From positions 1-58,886 of IMG/VR virus record IMGVR_UViG_3300008116_004701: a DNA stretch of 58,886 nt; one strand, written 5' to 3'. The stretch is from a virus (taxonomy: Duplodnaviria > Caudoviricetes). The notes below the pieces were generated by a model. That model had not been told where the DNA came from. It saw only the letters and a list, made by a program, of their open reading frames with translations, and did not search any database. The translations under genes were made by a program, and so were the position numbers. Positions 47,572 through 57,736 of this stretch are shown piece after piece. Each line of letters opens with the position of its first letter. Position 1 is the stretch's first letter.

Positions 47572-50500
47572 TAGAAGATTTGATAATCAAAGTACGACAC
47601 TAATTTATTCATGATAAGTTCTTTATCATAAGAATTATCAAAATATAAAGTTACAATAAAATAAGTACTGCGTAGACGTCCTTGTCGAACATTACTGTTT
47701 TGATCTCTAGGAATTTTTAAGCGCCATTTATCAAACTTGCGTTTAAATCTTTCAGGACTAAATGGTACTATATCTGTATCTTGATATTGGTTATAAACTC
47801 TAAAACCTGTTAATGTTTGTGTACGATCTATAATCTTATTGTTGTCTCTAACTATAGAATTAAATTCTAAAGTTCTTAAAACTTTATTTACATCAGCATC
47901 AGGATTAATAACTAACGTTAATTCTGTAGAAGCTAAACGATTATAGAATACACCCCAAGATCCTTTATTACTTGTGAATACTTTTTTATTAGCAAGTGGA
48001 TCAGGACTCATTAAAATGTTACCGTTATTAATCCAAATCGGTGGAGTAGTAGTATATCTTGAAGAAAACTGTTGTGCTAATTCGTCATACACAAGTGTGT
48101 TAGAATTAAATACTTGATTTTCCGTAGCTTCTATACTATTTGCATAAAGTAAGTTAACGTTTGTTCCTGTATCATTACCTGTTGTAAACTCATTAACTAC
48201 ATAGTAGTAAACCTCATTATATAATATAATGTCTTCCATTGCATAAGAAGTATTACGCAAAAGACTTTTAATAAAGTTTTTACTTAAAAAAGTAAATAAT
48301 ACTTCATCATTAATTACATCTTTTGTGATATGTACTCCGTATCCTTTAATAGGATTGTCTCCATTATTTTCTTTACGTAAGAATACTCCAGCAGGTAAAT
48401 TTTGTAACCAACTGTGCATTCCTTTTACTTCAGAAATAGGAAGACTTAATGGACTACCTTCTCCAGGTGATTGTAATGTAAATATTTTTCTATGAAAAGC
48501 ATCAAAAAAGTAAATACCCATTTCTGTAGCATCAACTGCCCATTGATGAATACATCCATGTACTTTAGAATGATAAATATGTTTACCAAATCCTAATCCT
48601 GTACCAAGTTGTGTCGGTACTCCATCTGCTGTAGTAGTTACAGCAGCACGATTAATTGTATAAGTACCTATTCCTTTATCTTGAATAAAAAATACTAAAT
48701 CCTTCCAGTTTAATATTTTATTGATAGGACCATAATCATCAATATCATAAAAGTTATTAGCTCCAAACTTTGTCCAAGAGTCGATAACTTCTTCATTAAT
48801 TTTTACATTAGACAAATACGCCCTAATATCATTAGCACCACTATAGATTAAATTTTGTGGTTTTATAAAAAATCCAACATCATCTTTTTCTGCAGAGTAA
48901 ACAAAATTGTATTGATACATGTCTAATACTTTAGCATAAGCTGCTTCTGCATTATTAGTTTCTTGTCTAAGAATTACGCTGCGTTCTGTATCAAATTCAT
49001 ATTTAACATTAGTACGAATATTGGCGCCGTAATCTAAGTCTATATTAATAGTAGACTCTATAGGAAATGCTTGAGTCTGTGCTTTGTTCTTACGGTACAA
49101 ATCATTAGCAGCATAAAAATCTTTATTAAACTCTATTAATCCTGTAGAAATAACTGCCATATTAATAAATGTATCTCCTCCAAAAACTACAGGAGAAGTA
49201 TTTGCTACATCAATTAATGGAGATGCAGGAATAAATTTATTAGACTCTAAACTATTTAATGTATAACCTCCATATACTTCAAGCTTTGGCAATAAAGTAT
49301 CTATGATAGGATAATAATTTTCATAATCTGTTAATGGAGCATATGTAGAAGAATTTAACGGCTTGATAAAAGATGGTGCTGCAAAGTAATCTACAGATGG
49401 TGGAGTAGGTACAGGATTACCAGTAAAAAAGTCTACTGTAATCCTGCCTATTTTTCCTGCTATACTAGAACCTGATTTATAAAACTCAGGTCGAGTGTTA
49501 TTAATTCCTTGCTGTGGCCTATTAGGATTTACTTGTGGATCTGCTGTGTCTTCATAGTCATCCATACACCAATAATTACGCATATAATAGCTACCAAATA
49601 AAGGCGTTACTTTTTGTGTATAATCACTAGTGTCTTCCATGCGGAATAGTTGGTTAATTTGCCACTTTCTAATATTTTGTACAGAATTAAAGTTTACAGG
49701 AAATACTTTTCTAAATTGCTTTCTTGTGTCTATACAATTATCTGAAAGTCCTATTGCACTGTAATCTTCTGAATCTGTATATGAAACAAATGTTCCTAAA
49801 GCCCCTGTAACAAGTAAACATGGGTTACTTCCTATATTAGTAATACTAGATATGTTACTGCTGTTAAAAGAGACATCGGGGGAATAAAAGTTTACATAAT
49901 TTCCTAATCTTTCAAAATTTGCAAATTGTGGTACATAACTAGTGTCACCAAATACAGCAAAAGATCCATTATCGTAAATAGTATAAGGTCCAGAACCTTC
50001 TGGATAAAAAGGATATAAGTGTAGCACATTACCGTTTCCATCTACTTGTAAATCAAAATCTGATCCTGATGGCGGTGATATTACTGGATTATAATAAAAG
50101 TTTTTAAGAATCCCTTGAGACACTCTTCTAGTATCTGCTATATCTCTTTTAAGTCTTACTATTTGATAGCTTTCTACTTCGTTAAGTAAACTAGGACAAG
50201 TAGAAAAATCAAGAGTAAATTTAATACCCATAGCATAACCGTAAGTTGTATCACCTGTTCCAGGAATACTTAATGGCCAGTGAGTAGTGCCTGAGTTATT
50301 AGTAACACTATCTCTTTCAGAAATATCAGGAAATTTGATATCTCCAATATATTCAACAAAACTAGCTTCTCCTTTTTTAGTATAAAATACTATTCCAAAT
50401 CTATAAGTTTCTCCACGTTTATAACCACGCAGTAATCCTGAAATAAAGGGCGATGCATAGTTAGGAAAAGTAGTATTAGCGTAATCTCCATATCCATCAT

Positions 50501-51878
50501 TTAGATTATGTGCTGGAGAATCTGGAGTACTAGGTACTTGAGTTACACCTGGTAATCCAAAACCACTCATAGGAGTAGAATCTATAGTATATTGTTCTAA
50601 GTGAAAAGTATAAGAAATGTTTGGGCCTTGTCCTCCTAAACGAAGTCCGTCAGACTTATATCTATATTGACTGTTTGTATGCCAAGTATTATTCCAGTGT
50701 GCATCAGAGTTATAGTCTACATTAAAAGCATTTAATAAATCGTTAGTTGCAGTACCTGGTGTATAAGGAGGTATTGGACTACCACCGTTATATTTATATC
50801 GTCTTGTTTTTGCATCAAATGTTTCACCTGGTGCTAATAAATCTTGAATACTTACTAAAGATTCTTTAATATTAGCAATGACTAGAGACCCATCTTTTTG
50901 AGTAATAGTTTTAGGCGTTTTAAACTGATAGTTTTTAGTAATAAAATCAAATAGTTCTACATCATAAGAAGAGCTTTCTGTTCCTGTATAAATAATAGAG
51001 ATTGTATTTGCACCATCAAGAGTAACTTGCTCTATACTTGTTACTACTGGTGCAGCAGTTACAGAAGATTTGTAAATAGATAAAAATTCTATTTTATAAA
51101 AATCTTGATAGTTTGTAGTATCTATCTTAATAGTAATAGCTTTACCTGTATTAATAGGTGTTGGGTCTCCATTGTACGTATAAGAATTACCACTCTCTGC
51201 ATCAGATACAATGTGTACTATATTACTTGGAGGGGCTACTAAAGTTTCTTTTCCGTCAGAAGTAATAAGCTTGTAGCTAATTTGATAAGTGCCACCAATT
51301 AATCCTCCACCGCTAGTTATACCTGTAATTAAAGGTTGTGTAAATATTACATCAGGAAAAATATCTATTAATCCTACTGGAGTTGTAGCAAGATTAACAT
51401 CTTTAGTATTTACGGATCTAAAAAAATTATTATAGTCTGTCCAATAGATTCTTTGAATATTCTCAGACTCATAACGACCTAATGCTTCAATTGGCCACTC
51501 TTTTTTAAAATTAAGATTTGCACTGTAATACAATAATGTAGGACCTGAAGTAATAGTACTATCAGCGGGGTTATATTGTACATCATAAATCCAGCCTTTA
51601 GTACCAGAATCATCTGCAACAAATAATATAATTCTAGTACGAATTGTAGCATAACCAATAATTACTGGATTAGTTGCTGTCCATGTTCCTGGAGGATCAC
51701 TGTCTAAAGGCAAACTAAAAGCATATTCGTTGCCTTTAATATTAGTAAATCCTCCTAATGATTCTCCTTGAGTTGTAGTAATTCGAACATTTAATGCATC
51801 TATATAAAAAGTCGGCGCTATACTATCGTAGGCCGTATCTTTATTCATCCCTTGGTAACTATTTGCGTGTTGCTTCAT
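47571..51878 (-). CDS. Tail stabilisation / muzzle-like protein
   Basis: 1435 aa, beta-rich: GMNKD, YIDALNVRI, IYWTD, GYKRGETYRFGIVFY, FGGDTFI, YGPI; position after the ring proteins. Confidence 0.85.
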   Translation of the reverse strand: MKQHANSYQGMNKDTAYDSIAPTFYIDALNVRITTTQGESLGGFTNIKGNEYAFSLPLDSDPPGTWTATNPVIIGYATIRTRIILFVADDSGTKGWIYDVQYNPADSTITSGPTLLYYSANLNFKKEWPIEALGRYESENIQRIYWTDYNNFFRSVNTKDVNLATTPVGLIDIFPDVIFTQPLITGITSGGGLIGGTYQISYKLITSDGKETLVAPPSNIVHIVSDAESGNSYTYNGDPTPINTGKAITIKIDTTNYQDFYKIEFLSIYKSSVTAAPVVTSIEQVTLDGANTISIIYTGTESSSYDVELFDFITKNYQFKTPKTITQKDGSLVIANIKESLVSIQDLLAPGETFDAKTRRYKYNGGSPIPPYTPGTATNDLLNAFNVDYNSDAHWNNTWHTNSQYRYKSDGLRLGGQGPNISYTFHLEQYTIDSTPMSGFGLPGVTQVPSTPDSPAHNLNDGYGDYANTTFPNYASPFISGLLRGYKRGETYRFGIVFYTKKGEASFVEYIGDIKFPDISERDSVTNNSGTTHWPLSIPGTGDTTYGYAMGIKFTLDFSTCPSLLNEVESYQIVRLKRDIADTRRVSQGILKNFYYNPVISPPSGSDFDLQVDGNGNVLHLYPFYPEGSGPYTIYDNGSFAVFGDTSYVPQFANFERLGNYVNFYSPDVSFNSSNISSITNIGSNPCLLVTGALGTFVSYTDSEDYSAIGLSDNCIDTRKQFRKVFPVNFNSVQNIRKWQINQLFRMEDTSDYTQKVTPLFGSYYMRNYWCMDDYEDTADPQVNPNRPQQGINNTRPEFYKSGSSIAGKIGRITVDFFTGNPVPTPPSVDYFAAPSFIKPLNSSTYAPLTDYENYYPIIDTLLPKLEVYGGYTLNSLESNKFIPASPLIDVANTSPVVFGGDTFINMAVISTGLIEFNKDFYAANDLYRKNKAQTQAFPIESTINIDLDYGANIRTNVKYEFDTERSVILRQETNNAEAAYAKVLDMYQYNFVYSAEKDDVGFFIKPQNLIYSGANDIRAYLSNVKINEEVIDSWTKFGANNFYDIDDYGPINKILNWKDLVFFIQDKGIGTYTINRAAVTTTADGVPTQLGTGLGFGKHIYHSKVHGCIHQWAVDATEMGIYFFDAFHRKIFTLQSPGEGSPLSLPISEVKGMHSWLQNLPAGVFLRKENNGDNPIKGYGVHITKDVINDEVLFTFLSKNFIKSLLRNTSYAMEDIILYNEVYYYVVNEFTTGNDTGTNVNLLYANSIEATENQVFNSNTLVYDELAQQFSSRYTTTPPIWINNGNILMSPDPLANKKVFTSNKGSWGVFYNRLASTELTLVINPDADVNKVLRTLEFNSIVRDNNKIIDRTQTLTGFRVYNQYQDTDIVPFSPERFKRKFDKWRLKIPRDQNSNVRQGRLRSTYFIVTLYFDNSYDKELIMNKLVSYFDYQIF

Positions 51879-51880
51879 GA

Positions 51881-52702
51881 TTAGATAGCTGGGTTAGGAC
51901 CTTGTGCGTTTTCGCTTAGTGTATGAATTGTAGAAATAAGAGCCGAACCAGCTTTAGGACGGAACTTACGTTGCTCAGGAAGCTGCATATTAGCAAAGAA
52001 GCTAGCATGATCCTGCATAGCAGGAATAGTGCGTACAGTAGCATTTTTAACACTTTCTGCTTCGTCAACATTTTGCCATTGTTTAGCATGGTTAACTGCT
52101 TGTGCAAAATACCAATCTCGATCACGCTCAATAATTTGAAACTTATCAGCAGCTAATTCATTGCGTATCCAGAGTTTGCGTGCTATTTTGTACGCAACAT
52201 AGTGAGCTCCACCTTCTAACCATTGCTGTTCTGCAGGAATAGTAGGATAACCGCAATCGTCAGTAGGAATAGCACTATAGGAGATTGCTACAAAACCGCT
52301 ATCAAAAGAAGGAAAAATATATCCTTGGCCAACAGTATAAGTCTCTGCAGACTGTGATGTGTAATCTCTATCATCTAAATGATAACGTTTATGAAAGTAA
52401 TCAGTCTTCCAACGCATTGGATACATAGAACCTTTACCACATTCAGCTTCTTCTACACTATCAATACCTTGTATTTGAGCTACTTGTCCAATTTTATATA
52501 AATCAAATGGAAGATCTCCTCTACCATCACATATATGTACATAAGCAATTTGTTCAACCATTGTGACACCTACATTAGTGTGTGCCATAAACTCGGCCAA
52601 CCATTCTACTCCTTCTTCTTCTTGGACATCGTAGTTAAAGCCGAAATCCCTGATAACTTTATCAAGGATTGCTTTATAAGAAACATGTTGGCCTGAGTAC
52701 AT
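51881..52702 (-). CDS. Tail ring/tubular protein
   Basis: LP.DL, Y.V..GYI..SF..G.V.ISY.AIPTD..GYP.IP; adjacent to the stabilisation protein. Confidence 0.7.
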   Translation of the reverse strand: MYSGQHVSYKAILDKVIRDFGFNYDVQEEEGVEWLAEFMAHTNVGVTMVEQIAYVHICDGRGDLPFDLYKIGQVAQIQGIDSVEEAECGKGSMYPMRWKTDYFHKRYHLDDRDYTSQSAETYTVGQGYIFPSFDSGFVAISYSAIPTDDCGYPTIPAEQQWLEGGAHYVAYKIARKLWIRNELAADKFQIIERDRDWYFAQAVNHAKQWQNVDEAESVKNATVRTIPAMQDHASFFANMQLPEQRKFRPKAGSALISTIHTLSENAQGPNPAI

Positions 52703-52977
52703 TACATTAAGTTTTTAAGTGCTTCTTCTAAACGGCTAGCAATAGCCTCTGGTGTTTTTTCTTGAGTAGGATCTTCAGTGCTTACAGACTTTTCTGTTTT
52801 CCACTGCCATTCTCCTTTTTCGTCTTTATAACGGCATTCTTTAGTAATAATGTAACCACCTTCAACTTGTTCTACACGAGTCTCCTCAGAGCCACCATCT
52901 TCAAATTGTTTGCGGGTAATCTTAACAGTAGATTCTACTTCTTTACCGTTTTCTTTGTATTCCATTGCCTCATCCAT
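52702..52977 (-). CDS. Hypothetical protein
   Basis: Probable start MDEAME at 52977, overlapping the upstream stop; the ORF track gives 53019. Confidence 0.65.
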   Translation of the reverse strand: MDEAMEYKENGKEVESTVKITRKQFEDGGSEETRVEQVEGGYIITKECRYKDEKGEWQWKTEKSVSTEDPTQEKTPEAIASRLEEALKNLM

Positions 52978-53500
52978 AATAAAATGTTTTTCTGTTTGGG
53001 TCTTTGACAGTCTTAGCAATTAATCGCGAATATTGTCTAGACGGTTTAAAATTATAAAAACTTTTATACTTTAATGGCGCACTGTAATTATCCCAAAAGT
53101 GTTCATAGAACTCAGAGTTACTATGTGTGTTCTCATGGTATAATAACTTTTTGCCAGTTATTTCTGTAATTTCATCTTTTGTTTTTCCTGGGTAAAGTTT
53201 TTCCCAATAACTCCAGGTTGCTTGCCAATCTACTTTTAGACTCTTAGCTAACTTTCCATCTGCTCGAAAAAAGTGTAAATCTTTTGCTCTTACTCTTAAT
53301 TTTCCTACATACGGAATTCTTAATTCTAATCCTGTTGTAACTATTTCTGTACTATATAGTTGCAATAGTTCTTTATTAAATTTGTTAAACAGTTTGATGT
53401 CTATTGGGTTACTACTTCTTTCTTTGTAGTCTTTATAGAAATCTTGTTTCTTTACACTGCTTAGTATTTTACCTTTTCCCCGCTTTAAAAAATTATGCAT
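52970..53500 (-). CDS. IHF/HU-like DNA-binding protein, crAss-type
   Basis: ELRIPYVGKLRVR, VDWQAT, YHEN.H, FKPSR...R; sits within the tail ring genes. Confidence 0.65.
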   Translation of the reverse strand: MHNFLKRGKGKILSSVKKQDFYKDYKERSSNPIDIKLFNKFNKELLQLYSTEIVTTGLELRIPYVGKLRVRAKDLHFFRADGKLAKSLKVDWQATWSYWEKLYPGKTKDEITEITGKKLLYHENTHSNSEFYEHFWDNYSAPLKYKSFYNFKPSRQYSRLIAKTVKDPNRKTFYYG

Positions 53501-54197
53501 TTGTTACGTTTTGCTGTACTCTATCGTCATTAGCATTATTAGCATTATCTAGTGCAGATACTGTTTTCTGCATTAATTGTTGTAAAATATATGGTTTAAT
53601 ATATGCCCACATCCATTGATTTATTGGATAAGGATCGGACGGACTCCAACATTTTTGCTGTGTTTCACAGTTAATAAAATCACTAAGTTTTGTAGGATCC
53701 TCAAATAAACCACGAATAGTAATGTATTTAGTCATTAAGTATTCTGGACTCTTACTAATAAGATACATGTAACCATCATATAAAAATGCATATACAGACT
53801 TAGCTGTTGTGCGCCCATGTCCAATAAATGCTATTCTTGCATAATCAATTAATGAAATTCTTGCTTTAGTAATATCAGGAGAACCTACTGATACTATCCC
53901 TTTTGTAAAAAAGAATTCAATAGTATTAGGAATAGCTTTAGTAGTACGTAATACTTTACACCCTGTAGGAACAGTAATACAGCAATCAATAGGGTTAACG
54001 GGCTCTAATGTTACACAGGCTAATGTCTGTACTACATAAGGATCTATACTACGGTTTTTATTATACTCGTTACGTAACCAAAGAGATCTTTGCTCATTAA
54101 TTAAATCAGTATATAACTCATACGAAAAAGAAGATTCAATGGAGTTTATCGCCAATGATTCATCTATTTGTGCATGAAGATCTTCTAGAGTTAACAT
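53493..54197 (-). CDS. Tail ring/adaptor protein
   Basis: QTL.C..L..V...CC, IPN.I, YLY-like strand, I.GLFEDP, YPI. Confidence 0.65.
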   Translation of the reverse strand: MLTLEDLHAQIDESLAINSIESSFSYELYTDLINEQRSLWLRNEYNKNRSIDPYVVQTLACVTLEPVNPIDCCITVPTGCKVLRTTKAIPNTIEFFFTKGIVSVGSPDITKARISLIDYARIAFIGHGRTTAKSVYAFLYDGYMYLISKSPEYLMTKYITIRGLFEDPTKLSDFINCETQQKCWSPSDPYPINQWMWAYIKPYILQQLMQKTVSALDNANNANDDRVQQNVTNA

Positions 54198-54204
54198 AAC
54201 TTAT

Positions 54205-54345
54205 TTATTTACCTTGCCCTCTATAAAGTTTTTTATACTTTTTAGATGACTTGAGTTTAGAAACTTTTGTTTTAGCATGAACACCAGGACGAGACACTTT
54301 TACTTTAGCTTTCGCTCCACCTGTCATATCTTTAATCTTCGCCAT
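54205..54345 (-). CDS. Small highly basic protein, 46 aa (not in ORF track)
   Basis: MAKIKDMTGGAKAKVKVSRPGVHAKTKVSKLKSSKKYKKLYRGQGK; TAATG-coupled. Confidence 0.75.
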   Translation of the reverse strand: MAKIKDMTGGAKAKVKVSRPGVHAKTKVSKLKSSKKYKKLYRGQGK

Positions 54346-54503
54346 TATCTATTTTTTAAGCTAACATTTAATATTGTTAAACAGTAGAAGTTTCTAGAAA
54401 TATCAAATTCTACTGTAAAAATATCTAAAGAAGACACTCTAAACTTAATGGCTAATTTGTCCCATTGTCTTTTTGGATGTCTCCAATTATTTCTAATTAT
54501 CAT
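54345..54503 (-). CDS. Small hypothetical protein, 52 aa (not in ORF track)
   Basis: MIIRNNWRHPKRQWDKLAIKFRVSSLDIFTVEFDISRNFYCLTILNVSLKNR; its stop overlaps the next ATG. Confidence 0.7.
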   Translation of the reverse strand: MIIRNNWRHPKRQWDKLAIKFRVSSLDIFTVEFDISRNFYCLTILNVSLKNR

Positions 54504-54518
54504 ATTCTTTATTTTAAA

Positions 54519-54526
54519 CAAATATA
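54519..54526 (-). promoter_or_regulatory. Bacteroidota -7 promoter box TATATTTG
   Basis: Matches TAnnTTTG, 15 nt upstream of the ATG at 54503 and just downstream of a terminator. Confidence 0.65.
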
Positions 54527-54555
54527 ACTAATAAAATAGTTAGTTTTTAAATTTT

Positions 54556-54588
54556 AAAAAGGGGAGAGCTAAACCACGTCTCTCCCCT
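54556..54588 (-). terminator. Intrinsic terminator after the lysis/phosphoesterase genes
   Basis: AGGGGAGAG/CTCTCCCCT stem followed by a T-tract on the minus strand. Confidence 0.8.
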
Positions 54589-54618
54589 AATAATTAATTA
54601 CTTTAACAAAGTTAAATA

Positions 54619-55494
54619 TTATAACGGGAATTTGTAACTATCGATGCTTTTTAATATCTTCTCTGATTTACCAGTTAATTCTCTTCTTGTAAAAAATTCT
54701 AAAATTCTGCCTCCTACAGGTTTAGGAGGTGCGCCACGCTCAACGTGCCATCCTTTTGAGCCATCACCAAATTCTTCTTTATAAGTACCAGTTATTGCTA
54801 AGTGAATATTTTTATGAACCATCTTATAGCCTGTAGAATGACTTATCAAACTATCACGTACTACATTAGTACATTTATTTTCGTGAATATGTCCCATAAT
54901 AAAGAATTCAAAATCTTCATATGTTTCTAAAGCACGAGTAAGATTAATCTCTCCACGTGTAACAATACCTCCACCACCTGAACCGTGAAAATACTTACCT
55001 TTAAAAGTAGAAAATACTCCTTTTCTATATTCTTGCTTAATAATTAACCAACCACTATAACCTCCTGTTTGAACGTTAGTATGGTTCTTATAATTAAGCA
55101 AGTCAACAAAGCGCTGAAGTACATCTGTTTCATGACGTTTAAGTATTGCAGTTTCGTGGTTGCCGTATCCGATAACAGTGATTAAGTGCGCGTAAGGCGT
55201 GAAGAAATCTACAGCCGTTTCAATAATAGAATCTAAATATCTAATATTATTATGCTCAGGGCGAATGTCAGACTTGGTACCTCTTGGGTCCCATTTACCC
55301 TGCATTAAACAAAAAGTATCCCCGTTAAACATAACGGGGATTGTATTTTCTTTGCAGTAGTCAAGATCTTTCTTTAAAATATCCCAGTCACATTTAGGAT
55401 TATCCCAATGAATATCTGAAAATATACCAAGTTTTTTACTACCTAATGGTAGTATAACTTCATGGACATTTTTGCTGTGGCAAATAGTAGTCAT
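54619..55494 (-). CDS. Calcineurin-like metallophosphoesterase
   Basis: SDIH, NGD, GNHE, FHG, GHIH. Confidence 0.9.
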   Translation of the reverse strand: MTTICHSKNVHEVILPLGSKKLGIFSDIHWDNPKCDWDILKKDLDYCKENTIPVMFNGDTFCLMQGKWDPRGTKSDIRPEHNNIRYLDSIIETAVDFFTPYAHLITVIGYGNHETAILKRHETDVLQRFVDLLNYKNHTNVQTGGYSGWLIIKQEYRKGVFSTFKGKYFHGSGGGGIVTRGEINLTRALETYEDFEFFIMGHIHENKCTNVVRDSLISHSTGYKMVHKNIHLAITGTYKEEFGDGSKGWHVERGAPPKPVGGRILEFFTRRELTGKSEKILKSIDSYKFPL

Positions 55495-55497
55495 TTG

Positions 55498-55959
55498 CTA
55501 TTTATATGGCAAATAAGATGTTGCTCCGCCTTTCTTAATAGCTTTAAGAATTTGCTTGCGTTGTTTACCTGCAGAGTCATAACTAACATGTACCCAATCA
55601 GGATTAGTATCTGTACCAAACTCCCAAATTAATTGATCAAAGTTTAAATTGTCTTTGATGTAATTAAAAATTTGAGCGTTAGTTACTGTTGTACCGTCCA
55701 TATCAATATCAATAGCTTCACCTTGACAATGTTGACTGGAAGATGCGCCCCCAATAGCCTTATTCAAAGCTGCAGAGCGGTAGCCTGATGAGATACGAAT
55801 AGGAACACCAAAGTGATCACGGATAGGTTGAAACACATTCTCAGCTAACTTTTTAAAGTTTTCAATGTGTTCAGGTGTAGGCATGTTAGAAATACCTCTA
55901 CGTTTTGCAGTTTCACTTCTAGTTACTTCTGACAATGCTAGATTTTTACTTAGTTGCAT
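55498..55959 (-). CDS. Endolysin, peptidase M15 family
   Basis: SSGYR...N..IGG...SQHC.GEA.D...WVHVS. Confidence 0.9.
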   Translation of the reverse strand: MQLSKNLALSEVTRSETAKRRGISNMPTPEHIENFKKLAENVFQPIRDHFGVPIRISSGYRSAALNKAIGGASSSQHCQGEAIDIDMDGTTVTNAQIFNYIKDNLNFDQLIWEFGTDTNPDWVHVSYDSAGKQRKQILKAIKKGGATSYLPYK

Positions 55960-56200
55960 CTTTATCTTTGTTTTTGAGTTTCATAATACGTCCTGCAGTA
56001 GTAATACCAAAGGCTCCTAAAGTTAATAACATAAATCCATCAAAAATAAATTCTTTGATAATTAATTCGTTACCAATAATTCCTGTGATGACATCTGTTA
56101 ATAATACAAACACCATTGCAAAAAACGAAATAACGCCTACAAAAGCTTGTTCGTTAATTTGATTGTCATCTGAGATTAATTCTCTAAAAAACTTTTTCAT
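55946..56200 (-). CDS. Holin-like protein with 2 TM helices
   Basis: Two hydrophobic helices and a basic tail; overlaps the endolysin start. Confidence 0.6.
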   Translation of the reverse strand: MKKFFRELISDDNQINEQAFVGVISFFAMVFVLLTDVITGIIGNELIIKEFIFDGFMLLTLGAFGITTAGRIMKLKNKDKDATK

Positions 56201-56751
56201 AATTTAAAAATATTTAGTTTAGGTCTTCTTGGTTTTACAATATCAGTGTGCCAACCAACAGGCGGTTCTTTTTGTTTATCGTCATCTGGACAATCTTCTG
56301 TTCGTTTAAAAAACATAATATCGCCTGTATAATCATCTTTACGTACAACATAATCAGAAAGATTAACTGCTACTATTTCATTATTTTCGTAAGAGTAATA
56401 AATCCACGCTCCTTCTTTAGCTCGATCTGCAAGCCATTCTCTAATAGTATCTAGTTTATCTTCTCTAATGATTTGAGTCTCTATAATTGTTTTGTATTCA
56501 GTATACCGAGAATTGTAAAAAATTAAGAGAGTATCTCGTAAAGTTATAATAGAGTCTTTTATTTTAATTTCTTGTTTAAACTTTGCAATTTTAGCTTTTT
56601 GATTATCAAAAATTGCATTAATAGTATCAGCTTGTGCTTTAGTAAGAATGACAACAGAGTCTCCGTCAATTACTGTCTGAAGTGGGTAACGTGATTGGCT
56701 GAAACTCAAACTGCTTACCACTAGACTGCTTGCGAACAATATCCTTTTCAT
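56197..56751 (-). CDS. Exported protein with signal peptide and coiled coil
   Basis: MKRILFASSLVVSSLSFS|Q, SPI-like with no lipobox Cys. Confidence 0.65.
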   Translation of the reverse strand: MKRILFASSLVVSSLSFSQSRYPLQTVIDGDSVVILTKAQADTINAIFDNQKAKIAKFKQEIKIKDSIITLRDTLLIFYNSRYTEYKTIIETQIIREDKLDTIREWLADRAKEGAWIYYSYENNEIVAVNLSDYVVRKDDYTGDIMFFKRTEDCPDDDKQKEPPVGWHTDIVKPRRPKLNIFKL

Positions 56752-57046
56752 TTGCTAGTTCTTTTTTAATGTCTTTAACGACAGATTTTGTACTGTCTAA
56801 ATCTCCTATTACTTCAGACACCATCTGTTCTAGGTTTGCTTTATCTTCTGTCAATTCTGCATTTTCAGCTTTTAACTTACTAACACTTGTTGTTAATTTT
56901 TTATTAGCTGTAGTAAGTTGTTTATTTTTACCTGTAAGTTGTACATTATCTTCTACAACAACAACATGACCGTGACCACTTGAAAACACTTGAAAACAAA
57001 CAAGAGTAATAAATAGCGCACCTACTACTAACAGCTTCTTTTTCAT
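56666..57046 (-). CDS. N-anchored coiled-coil protein, i-spanin-like
   Basis: N-terminal TM helix followed by heptad repeats. Confidence 0.55.
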   Translation of the reverse strand: MKKKLLVVGALFITLVCFQVFSSGHGHVVVVEDNVQLTGKNKQLTTANKKLTTSVSKLKAENAELTEDKANLEQMVSEVIGDLDSTKSVVKDIKKELANEKDIVRKQSSGKQFEFQPITLPTSDSN

Positions 57047-57285
57047 TTTTTACTTAAAAACATAAGAACTATTTCTTTAAGGCTTTTTGAGCTTTCTGTA
57101 CTTTCAGTAAGCTTGTCTTCTAAATTTTCTCTGTACTCGCCTTCTAATTCTTCTACTTTTGCTTTTAACTCGTCTTCGCTTTTCATTAGACGATTTAGAA
57201 ACATCCAACAAAGATACCCTAAACCTAAAACTGCAAAACCTAATACGCCGTATTGAGTTAATACTTCAAAAGGACCAAAAGACAT
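57043..57285 (-). CDS. Small TM protein, holin-like, paralog A
   Basis: FGPFEVLTQYGVLGFAVLGLGYLCWMF. Confidence 0.65.
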   Translation of the reverse strand: MSFGPFEVLTQYGVLGFAVLGLGYLCWMFLNRLMKSEDELKAKVEELEGEYRENLEDKLTESTESSKSLKEIVLMFLSKK

Positions 57286-57485
57286 TACTTCTTAGTTTTT
57301 CTTTTTACTACTTTCTTTTCTGTAAGCTCTTCTTTCATTTTCTTGTTTTCATCAAGATATCTTTTGATAAATAACCAAGCTACGTAACCAAGAGCAAGAA
57401 CTGCTAAACCAAGCGGACCGTAGTCTGCTAATTGTGCAAATACACCAAAGTCTGGTGCCGTTGTTTCTACTGCTGTTGTGTCCAT
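57285..57485 (-). CDS. Small TM protein, holin-like, paralog B
   Basis: FGVFAQLADYGPLGLAVLALGYVAWLF. Confidence 0.65.
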   Translation of the reverse strand: MDTTAVETTAPDFGVFAQLADYGPLGLAVLALGYVAWLFIKRYLDENKKMKEELTEKKVVKRKTKK

Positions 57486-57736
57486 TATTTAAGAATTAAT
57501 TGTTTAACGGCATCAGATAATTCACTGACATTTTTTGCAAGATTTTTAATTTCAATTTGCGTTTGCATTTGAATTGTCTCAAATTTTAATCTACTTTCTT
57601 GCTCTACTAATTCTATTTTACCTTTAAGCTTTCCAAGCTCTTCAGTGTTTTTTCTAACGTCATTATGGATGATTTTTAGAAAGTATCCAATAATAGTAGT
57701 AGCAGCTAGTAATCCGTATTGTAAGACTTCTTGCAT
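57485..57736 (-). CDS. Small TM plus coiled-coil protein
   Basis: N-terminal hydrophobic helix and heptads; coupled to both neighbours. Confidence 0.65.
   Translation of the reverse strand: MQEVLQYGLLAATTIIGYFLKIIHNDVRKNTEELGKLKGKIELVEQESRLKFETIQMQTQIEIKNLAKNVSELSDAVKQLILK

Larger units (their letters stand above)
1..54197. mobile_element. crAss-like bacteriophage genome segment (continues beyond both window ends)
   Basis: PolA/DnaB/primase/AAA_24 replication arm converges on an arm with a DxDxD giant virion RNAP, tail stabilisation and ring proteins and an IHF-like gene. No host housekeeping genes or integrase were seen. Confidence 0.9.
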
